A model generated the notes under the pieces. It did not search any database and was not told where the DNA came from. It worked only from the letters and a program-made list of their open reading frames with translations. Positions 44,865 through 51,657 of a DNA stretch of 64,000 nucleotides are shown here, piece by piece. The DNA lies in the NCBI GenBank assembly GCA_022827835.1, contig JAJEIO010000048.1, positions 62,687-126,686 of the forward strand. The letters are read 5' to 3'. Both the position numbers and the translations under genes were made by a program. Positions within the stretch are counted from its first letter, which is position 1; every line of letters starts with the position of its first letter. Source of the DNA: Candidatus Latescibacterota bacterium. Lineage in GTDB: Bacteria > Latescibacterota > UBA2968 > UBA8231.

Positions 44865-46136
44865 ATGAGTTCTACCGAGGTTCTTTTCGTGCGCGGCGGA
44901 CTTCCTCTCCAAGGTGAGGTCGAGGTCCAAGGCTCCAAAAACGCCGCTTTGCCCATGTTGGCCGCATCGCTGTTGGCCACCGAAGGGCAAACCGTTTTGC
45001 ACCGGGTACCCCCGGTCAACGACGTATTGGTGGCCCTAGAAGTATTGCGTCGGCTCGGCGCGCGCGTCGATTACGATGCGACCGAAGAAGTGGCCGTCCT
45101 AGACACCCGCGATGTCAAAGAAACCCAGCTTCCCGCAGATTTGACCAATCGCTTCCGCGCTTCGCTGCTTTTCGTCGGTCCGCTGTTGGCCCGCTTTGGC
45201 CGCGCTTGGATCCAAGAGGTCGGCGGCTGTACGATTGGCTCGCGACCGACCGACTATCACTATCGCGGCTTTGCCCGGCTCGGGGCCGAGGTCGAAGGCG
45301 TAAACGGCGGCGGCATCGACGTGATGGCCAAGCAGCTATCCGGTGCCTTTATGTACTGCGATTTGCCCAGCCACACTGGGGTGGAAAACCTCGTTATGGC
45401 GTCCTGCCTAGCAAAGGGCGAGTCTGTGATCGAAAACGCGGCCTCCGACCCGGAGATCGTAGATTTCGCATCGCTCCTGCAAAAGATGGGTGCCCAAGTC
45501 GAAGGGGTCGGTACGCGGCAGGTGCATATCAAGGGAGTCCGCGAGTTAGCAGGAGCCGAGCACACGATCATGTACGATCGACTCGATGCCGGTCTCCTGA
45601 TGATGGCGAGCGCAATTACCGGCGGCGATATTGCCCTCAAAGGCGTAGAGCGCGATCACCTATACGTCTTTGAAGCCAAATTACAGCAGATGGGTGTCGA
45701 GATGACAGAGGAAGGGGAGTGGATGCGGGTGCGCGGGCCAGAAACCTTGTCGCCGATCAACGTAGTAACCACCTTCTATCCCGGCTTCCCAACGGATCTG
45801 CAGCCTGGGATGACGGCCTTGGCGTGCATGGCCAAAGGCGATAGCTACATCCGCGAGACTGTATTCGAAGATCGCCTCGGTCACGTCAAAACCTTGCGCT
45901 CCTTCGGCGCTCGCATTGCACCGGAAAAGGACCGCTTGGTGTTGGTACACGGGCCGGCTCAGCTCAAAGGGACCAAGGTCAAGGCCATGGACATTCGCGC
46001 CGGGGCCGCCTGCGTGCTTGCCGGTCTAGCGGCCGAGGGCTCCACCGAGATCGGCAATCTCTACCAACTCGACCGGGGACACGCCCACCTCGAGCACCGC
46101 CTGCGGGCCTTGGGGGCCGACATCGAAAGACACTAA
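44865..46136 (+). CDS. murA: UDP-N-acetylglucosamine 1-carboxyvinyltransferase
   Basis: LFVRGGLPLQGEVEVQGSKNAALPMLAASLL, active-site Cys loop GGCTIGSRPTDYH, ...FPGFPTDLQPGMTAL..., ...DIRAGAACVLAGLAAEGSTEI.NLYQLDRGH. AGGAG precedes the ATG at 44865. Confidence 0.95.
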   Translation: MSSTEVLFVRGGLPLQGEVEVQGSKNAALPMLAASLLATEGQTVLHRVPPVNDVLVALEVLRRLGARVDYDATEEVAVLDTRDVKETQLPADLTNRFRASLLFVGPLLARFGRAWIQEVGGCTIGSRPTDYHYRGFARLGAEVEGVNGGGIDVMAKQLSGAFMYCDLPSHTGVENLVMASCLAKGESVIENAASDPEIVDFASLLQKMGAQVEGVGTRQVHIKGVRELAGAEHTIMYDRLDAGLLMMASAITGGDIALKGVERDHLYVFEAKLQQMGVEMTEEGEWMRVRGPETLSPINVVTTFYPGFPTDLQPGMTALACMAKGDSYIRETVFEDRLGHVKTLRSFGARIAPEKDRLVLVHGPAQLKGTKVKAMDIRAGAACVLAGLAAEGSTEIGNLYQLDRGHAHLEHRLRALGADIERH

Positions 46137-46165
46137 CGGCGGGCGCGTTGCGTTCAACGCTAATA

Positions 46166-46204
46166 AGCGGTTGGGAGCTTGCGGCTCTCGACCGCTTTTT
46201 TTTT
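46166..46204 (+). terminator. intrinsic terminator after murA
   Basis: AGCGGT...ACCGCT stem with an inner GGGAGC/GCTCTC extension, followed by T9 (46196-46204). Confidence 0.7.
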
Positions 46205-46233
46205 GTTTGTCTTTCACTACATAGGAGAGCACC

Positions 46234-47358
46234 ATGCTTGCACACCCCGACGCAGTATATCTAGCGCACTCGCCCATCGACCGCGCCGACGCGCCCTTTG
46301 CGACCTACCAGGAGTTGGCCCATCGCACCCTCGCCGCCCTCGAGGTACCGCTTCCGGCCGCAGGCACCGTCTTGCTCAAGCCCAACGCCACCGTACTCTA
46401 TCCACCGGAAAAGCGCGTCATCACCCATCCCGGATTTGTCGGCGGCCTGCTCGACGCCCTGCGCGACCGCGGCGTACCCGCCGAGCGCATGGTGGTCGCC
46501 GATGGTCAGTCTGGAGAAAACCCCACGGCCGGGCACACTTGGGAACTATGCGGCTATCGCGCTATGACCGAGGCGCGGGGCGTGCGGCTCGCAGAAATGA
46601 ACACCGACGAGGATTCGCGCATCGTCGAGGTCGCCGACGGCGTAGTGTACGAGCGCTACCCCCTGTACCGGGAAGTGACTGATTGCGCCTTCTTTTTCAA
46701 CGTCCCCCTTGCCAAGTGCCACAATTTGGGCTGCACGACCTTGTCGATTAAAAATCTGATGGGCATCATCGCCAAGCCCGAGCGACACCTGTGCGCGATC
46801 CAAGAGGTGGACAAGCCTTGCGCCGAGGACCTATGGCGGCTGACCGAGAGTGGCTTCAGCCTTTTTGAAGATCGCTTCTATCACAAGCTCTGCGATCTAT
46901 TGGTCGCGCTGCGCGGCCTAGGGATGCCGCGGCTTTCGGTGGTAGATGGCCTTGTCGGCCGCGACGGCACCGCGTTTAACGAAGGGTCCAACTACCCCCT
47001 CGGCTGGGCTGTGGCCGGCGTCAATGAAGTACACGTAGATACAGTCGCCACCTACCTGATGGGCCTCGACCCGCAGGCCACTCCCTATCTACAATTCGCC
47101 CACGTCCGCGGCTTGGGGATCATTGACCCTGAGGAAATCGAGGTAGTCGATCTTGCCAGCGGTACTGCGCTCAGTGGAGAGGCCCTCGCCAAGCTGCGGC
47201 CCGCCGCGCCGCTGATGCCCATCTCCCGCCTCAAAGGCGGCTACTACAAGCGCTTTCGCACCGACGGATCGGCTGTGCCTTGGCGCTTGGACGAGGTCAA
47301 TGCCCAACGCCAGCAGGACGGTCTGGCACCCGTTCCCTATGAGCCAGCCCGCGCCTGA
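46234..47358 (+). CDS. DUF362 domain-containing protein
   Basis: VLLKPNATVLYPPEKRVITHPGFVGGLLDALRDRGV...MVVADGQSG and FFFNVPLAKCHNLGCTTLSIKNLMGII match the DUF362 pattern. Confidence 0.72.
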   Translation: MLAHPDAVYLAHSPIDRADAPFATYQELAHRTLAALEVPLPAAGTVLLKPNATVLYPPEKRVITHPGFVGGLLDALRDRGVPAERMVVADGQSGENPTAGHTWELCGYRAMTEARGVRLAEMNTDEDSRIVEVADGVVYERYPLYREVTDCAFFFNVPLAKCHNLGCTTLSIKNLMGIIAKPERHLCAIQEVDKPCAEDLWRLTESGFSLFEDRFYHKLCDLLVALRGLGMPRLSVVDGLVGRDGTAFNEGSNYPLGWAVAGVNEVHVDTVATYLMGLDPQATPYLQFAHVRGLGIIDPEEIEVVDLASGTALSGEALAKLRPAAPLMPISRLKGGYYKRFRTDGSAVPWRLDEVNAQRQQDGLAPVPYEPARA

Positions 47359-47686
47359 GTACACTCTCCGCGCCTGCCAACGCGCAGTAGATGAGTGGAT
47401 CGCCGATGTCGGCGTGCGCTACTTCTCCGAGCTGACCAATACGGCCGTGCTGATGGAGGAAGTCGGCGAGTTGGCGCGGATCATGGCTCGCACCTTTGGC
47501 GAGCAAAGCTTTAAGGAGGGCGAGGAAGCCGACCTCGGCATGGAGATGGCCGATGTGCTCTTCGTCCTCCTATGCCTTGCCAATCAGACCGGAGTTGACT
47601 TGGAGGAATCCTTCCAGCGCGCGCGGGCCAAGAAGACCCGACGCGACCGCCGGCGTCACGCGGAAAATCCCAAACTCCAATCTTGA
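47339..47686 (+). CDS. MazG-like nucleotide pyrophosphohydrolase
   Basis: LMEEVGELARIM....EEADLGMEMADVLFVLLCLANQTGVDLEESF, the EExxE...D metal-binding helices of the all-alpha NTP-PPase fold. Start at the ATG at 47339 (MSQPAPEY), overlapping the upstream gene by 20 nt. Confidence 0.85.
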   Translation: MSQPAPEYTLRACQRAVDEWIADVGVRYFSELTNTAVLMEEVGELARIMARTFGEQSFKEGEEADLGMEMADVLFVLLCLANQTGVDLEESFQRARAKKTRRDRRRHAENPKLQS

Positions 47687-47776
47687 TTCGGCAAACAGCC
47701 GGCAAGTTGTGCTGCGCTCTGCATCCACTTACCTTGGCGCAACTTCCTGCATCCTCATTTTGCGAAAGGTCTGTCC

Positions 47777-48439
47777 ATGAGTTCCCGCAACGGTTTTATC
47801 GAAACGCATATTTACGACTACATCCTCGCCAACTCGCTGCGCGACCGAGACGAGCTCAAGCGGTTGCGGCAGGAGACCCAGGCCATGCCCATGGGCGGCA
47901 TGCAGGTCTCGCCCGATCAGGGGCAGTTCATGGGGCTGCTCGTCGAACTGATCGACGCCAAGCGGATCGTCGAGGTGGGGACTTTTACTGGCTACAGCAG
48001 CATTGCGATGGCGCTAGCCCTGCCAGCGGACGGGCGTCTAATCGCCTGCGACGTCAGCGACGAGTTTACCAGCATCGCCCGGCGCTATTGGCAAAAGGCC
48101 GGCGTGGCCGACAAAATCGAATTGCGGTTGGGGCCGGCAGTGGCGACTCTCGACGGAATGCTCGCGGCCGGGGAAGCCGGTTGCTTCGACATGGCCTTTA
48201 TCGACGCGGACAAGGAAAATTACGACGCCTATTACGAGCGCTGTCTGCAACTCTTGCGCCCGGGCGGATTGATCCTAATCGACAATGTGCTGTGGGGCGG
48301 ACGGCCCGCCGATGCCAACGAGCAGGCCGAGAGCACCGTAGCAATCCGAGCACTCAACGCCAAAATCCACGCCGATGAGCGCGTGACCGCATCCCTGCTG
48401 TCGATCGGCGACGGGTTGACGCTGGCGCGGAAGCGGTGA
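47777..48439 (+). CDS. class I SAM-dependent O-methyltransferase (caffeoyl-CoA OMT / TrmR-YrrM family)
   Basis: MQVSPDQGQFMGLLVELIDAKRIVEVGTFTGYSSIAMA, ...FDMAFIDADKENYDAYYERCLQLLRPGGLILIDNVLWGG. Confidence 0.9.
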   Translation: MSSRNGFIETHIYDYILANSLRDRDELKRLRQETQAMPMGGMQVSPDQGQFMGLLVELIDAKRIVEVGTFTGYSSIAMALALPADGRLIACDVSDEFTSIARRYWQKAGVADKIELRLGPAVATLDGMLAAGEAGCFDMAFIDADKENYDAYYERCLQLLRPGGLILIDNVLWGGRPADANEQAESTVAIRALNAKIHADERVTASLLSIGDGLTLARKR

Positions 48440-48473
48440 TCTGTAGGACGAAATAGCGGAGGAAACCGATCTA

Positions 48474-49187
48474 ATGAACAAAATATGGGTTCTGCAAAAC
48501 GCGCAGCCGGAAAACTTGGGGATCGCCGGTCAGGTGTTCCAAGGCTGCGGTCTCGAGCCCACCTATATACATACCTTTGCCGGTGAAGAGATCCCCCGCT
48601 ACATGGACGGGGCCACCGGCCTAGTGGTCTTGGGCGGCCCGATGGGCGTGTACGAACACGACCGTTACTCGTTCATAGACGCGGCGATGCGCCTTATCGA
48701 CCAAGCCCTGAAAGAAGACAAACCCGTACTCGGCATCTGCCTAGGCAGCCAGCTTTTGGCCACGGCTCTTGGTGCTCGGGTCTCCCGCGGTCCGCAGAAA
48801 GAAATCGGCTGGTATCCAATTGAGCTGAAGCCCGCCGCCAGCGAAGATCCACTGATGGGCGGGCTAGAACCATCTTTTGTAGGCTTTCACTGGCACGGCG
48901 ACATCTTCGATCTGCCCAAGGGCGCTACGGCGCTGGCCTCTTCTGCCCTTACTACCTACCAAGCGTTTTCCTATGGCCGGGCGGCGTATGGCGTCCTCTT
49001 CCACATGGAAGTTACCACGCAAATTATCGCCGATATGATCCGAGCTTTTGCCGACGAGGTTCGCGAGGAGGGGCTAGACGGCGAGCAAATCAAGGCCGAC
49101 GCAGCCCAGCACTTACCCGCCCTCCACGCCAACGGACGAACCTTCTTCCAGACTTGGGCCACTCTCTGTTTGGAGACGGGTTCATAG
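48474..49187 (+). CDS. type 1 glutamine amidotransferase (GMP synthase-like GATase domain)
   Basis: GLVVLGGPMGVYE, nucleophile elbow PVLGICLGSQLLATALG, and ...FHWHGD, ...VLFHMEV (His/Glu of the triad). Confidence 0.88.
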   Translation: MNKIWVLQNAQPENLGIAGQVFQGCGLEPTYIHTFAGEEIPRYMDGATGLVVLGGPMGVYEHDRYSFIDAAMRLIDQALKEDKPVLGICLGSQLLATALGARVSRGPQKEIGWYPIELKPAASEDPLMGGLEPSFVGFHWHGDIFDLPKGATALASSALTTYQAFSYGRAAYGVLFHMEVTTQIIADMIRAFADEVREEGLDGEQIKADAAQHLPALHANGRTFFQTWATLCLETGS

Positions 49188-49188
49188 T

Positions 49189-49641
49189 AAATTCGATGAC
49201 TATCTGAGGAAGGACGTTGTCTTCCTGCTTGAGAGATTTTTCTATTTCCTAGAAAACAAGCGAGAGCATGGCATCTTGGTCATGGATGAAACCGAGAAAC
49301 GCGGAGACCAAAGATTTGTCACTAGGATGGAAAGATATTTCACGAAGACTGCTATCGGCCGGTCTAGGACGGCATGGATCGTGCCAACTCCACTCTTCGT
49401 TTCGTCCGACATGACCTATGCCGTCCAAGCAGCGGACTTGTGCATTTATTGCGTCAACTGGGGGTTTCGGCTGCCCAGACGTGGCATGAACGCAGAGCGT
49501 CGCGAAGAAATCGCCGGCATGTTCGGGACCGACTTGGCCAGCCTCCAGCTTCGCGAGCACGGATACAGGGATGGTCACGTCTTCGATACCTATGGAATCG
49601 TTTACGTTCCCGATCCGTACAAACCTCGGACAGCCCCATAA
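49189..49641 (+). pseudogene. 5'-truncated DUF3800-family gene remnant
   Basis: The track ORF 49276-49641 contains FVSSDMTYAVQAADLCIYCVNWG, which resembles the DUF3800 C-terminal D-S-x-x-x-x-x-x-Q-x-A-D motif. The same frame stays open upstream to the GATase stop (…DDYLRKDVVFLLERFFYFLENKREHGILVMDE…). There is no N-terminal DExxH-type block and no plausible start or RBS. Confidence 0.5.
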
Positions 49642-49785
49642 AAAAGGAGGCAACGCCCCGCCTGCCACTCCCACGCATTATTGGCGTGAGGCCGCATACG
49701 AGGCCGAGCCTCCATTAGTGAATGTAGGTCAGGAACGACGGAAAATCAACGCCATATTTCACTCGCCCACCGGTTACTCTCCCAC

Positions 49786-49865
49786 TCAGGTCGAAACCCC
49801 CAACAAACCCTGCGTCAGTTGAAAATCGATGTTGCGCTACTGCAAGGCACCGGGGATGTGGTCGC
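49786..49865. repeat. 80-bp direct repeat, copy 1 (degenerate duplicate of the uxaA-like 3' end)
   Basis: Gap-free manual alignment to 51578-51657 gives 74/80 identical. Contains TAG (cta at 49837-49839) where copy 2 has CAG. Confidence 0.9.
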
Positions 49866-51237
49866 TCAAGTCTCCAAGACCGCTCGGATGCGCCGCACCT
49901 CTCGGCTGGCCGGCGCTGCGGCGCGACAGCTCCTGGTGCCGGGCAAAGGCCCGCTGAAAAGCCTTTGCATCGACAGCCAAACCGCGCTCTTGAGCCAGTT
50001 CTTGGGTCATTTCCAGGGGGAAACCGTACGTGGCGAACAAATCGAAAGCGCGTTCTCCCTCAATGGTCTCCTCACTCCTTCGGGCCACTTGTTCAAAGCG
50101 TTTCAGCCCTTCTTTCAAGGTGCGCTCAAACTGTTCTTCCTCGCCCTGCAAGGCATCCAGGATTTGTCCAGCCCGACTTTCCAGTTCGGGGTACACTTCG
50201 CTCTCTCCATCCCGCACCCGCTCGAACAGCGGGGCCCAGATACTCTGCTCAATGCCTAGGCGGCGGGCGTGGACTACAGCCCGCCGGATGAGCCGACGCA
50301 GCACATAGCCCCGCTCGATATTGGCCGGCTCCACCCCGTCGGCGGCCAGGTGGCAGGCGGCGTTGGCGTGGTCGGCGACAATGCGGAAAGACCGGGCGTG
50401 GCGCTCGCATGCCCTGCCGCTCATGCGGCCGATCTGGTCAACCAAAGGCCTCAGCGTATCGATATCGTAGAGCGAATCTAGGCCGTTGAGCATAGTCAAA
50501 ACGCGGGCTAGGCCCATGCCGGTGTCCACGGTCTGCTGGACCAGACGGCCCCAGGTCCCGTCGGCTTTTTTTTCGTATTCCATGAATACGTCGTTCCAGA
50601 TCTCCACGTACTTGCCGCAGGAACAACCCGGCCGACAATCCGAGCCGCACGGTACCCCACCTGCATCGAAAAACATCTCCGTATCGGGCCCGCAAGGCCC
50701 GGTACGACCCACCGGCCCCCACCAATTGTCGGCTCGTCCCAGCGGAAAAATGCGCTCGCCCTCGACGGCTTCTATACCCGCCCGGGCAAATTGTTCTCGC
50801 CACAAATCCACTGATTCCCGGTCTTTTTCCACTTGGTCGTCCCCGGCGAAAACCGTGACGTACAGGCGGCGCGGGTCCAGAGCCAAGCCTTCCTTTCCGG
50901 TGAGGAATTCCCAACTCCAAGGAATCATCTCCCGTTTGAAGTACGCCCCCAACGACCAGTTGCCCAGCATTTCGAAAAAAGTGAGATGCGTAGTATTGCC
51001 CACCTGGTCGATATCGCTAGTGCGGAAACACTTTTGCACGTTGACCAGACGCCGACCGGCTGGGTGCGGTTGGCCCATTATATAGGGCACCAAGGGTTGC
51101 ATGCCCGCCGAGATGAAGAGGGCAGTCGGGTCGTTGTCGGGTACGGTGGGGGCCGATGCAATGCGGCAATGGCCGCGCTGGGTAAAAAAGTCGAAGTACT
51201 TCTGCCTCAGTTGACTGGCCGTGATGCGGTATTCCAT
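49837..51237 (-). CDS. alaS: alanine--tRNA ligase, N-terminal aminoacylation domain only (truncated paralogue or fragment)
   Basis: YFDFFTQRGHCRIASAPTVP.NDPTALFISAGMQPLVPY, VQKCFRTSDIDQVGNTTHLTFFEMLGNWSLGAYFK, WGPVGRTGPCGPDTEMFFD, YVEIWNDVFMEY, VDTGMGLARV, DLFATYGFPLEMTQELAQERGL. The ORF ends at 466 aa, whereas bacterial AlaRS is about 870 aa. Strong SD AGGAAAGGAG precedes the ATG at 51237. Confidence 0.85.
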   Translation of the reverse strand: MEYRITASQLRQKYFDFFTQRGHCRIASAPTVPDNDPTALFISAGMQPLVPYIMGQPHPAGRRLVNVQKCFRTSDIDQVGNTTHLTFFEMLGNWSLGAYFKREMIPWSWEFLTGKEGLALDPRRLYVTVFAGDDQVEKDRESVDLWREQFARAGIEAVEGERIFPLGRADNWWGPVGRTGPCGPDTEMFFDAGGVPCGSDCRPGCSCGKYVEIWNDVFMEYEKKADGTWGRLVQQTVDTGMGLARVLTMLNGLDSLYDIDTLRPLVDQIGRMSGRACERHARSFRIVADHANAACHLAADGVEPANIERGYVLRRLIRRAVVHARRLGIEQSIWAPLFERVRDGESEVYPELESRAGQILDALQGEEEQFERTLKEGLKRFEQVARRSEETIEGERAFDLFATYGFPLEMTQELAQERGLAVDAKAFQRAFARHQELSRRSAGQPRGAAHPSGLGDLSDHIPGALQ

Positions 51238-51263
51238 GGTTGAACGCTCCTTTCCTCACAGAA

Positions 51264-51302
51264 CAAAAAAATCCCGCTGCTCTTTCAATGAGCAGCGGGA
51301 TT
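51264..51302 (-). terminator. intrinsic terminator (minus strand), 27 nt upstream of the alaS-fragment start
   Basis: Minus strand reads AATCCCGCTGCTC-attgaaa-GAGCAGCGGGATT followed by TTTTTTT: a 13-bp perfect stem and T7. Confidence 0.75.
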
Positions 51303-51577
51303 CGACGAAGAGATAATTATTGGTTCACTCAATCACTCGGCGTTTCCACTGCCCCGTACACGGCATACGCCGCCCCGGCCGCGCTGGCAGCGGCAAAATC
51401 AGGAAACAGTTCGGGACGCTGGTCGGACCTAGACTCAGTGCTGGAGCGATGAATTTTATCGGCGAACATAGTGATCAAAGCACATTCCTATTGTGGGACC
51501 TAAAAGCATTTCCAACTTGGAAAATCATAAGCAAAGAGGGGCACAATTTCAAACCCCCAGTGGGACAAAGATATTGA

Positions 51578-51657
51578 TCAGGTCGAAACTCCCAACGAAC
51601 CCCGCGTCAGTTGAAAATCGACGTTGCGCTGCTGCAAGGCCCCGGGGATGTGGTCGC
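51578..51657. repeat. 80-bp direct repeat, copy 2 (functional 3' end of the uxaA-like gene)
   Basis: See copy 1. On the minus strand it encodes ...DHIPGALQQRNVDFQLTRGSLGVST*. Confidence 0.9.

Noticed and set aside
51329-51469. 46-aa minus-strand ORF (MFADKIHRSSTESRSDQRPELFPDFAAASAAGAAYAVYGAVETPSD) in the alaS leader region
   Set aside because: No Shine-Dalgarno sequence, no recognisable motif, and low-complexity composition. More likely chance or decayed sequence, so not reported as a feature.
51238-51577. T-box riboswitch upstream of the alaS fragment
   Set aside because: The geometry fits, but I could not find the conserved T-box 14-mer, an AG bulge/GNUGNGA distal motif, or a convincing specifier loop with GCU. 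It is kept only as a hypothesis inside a finding.
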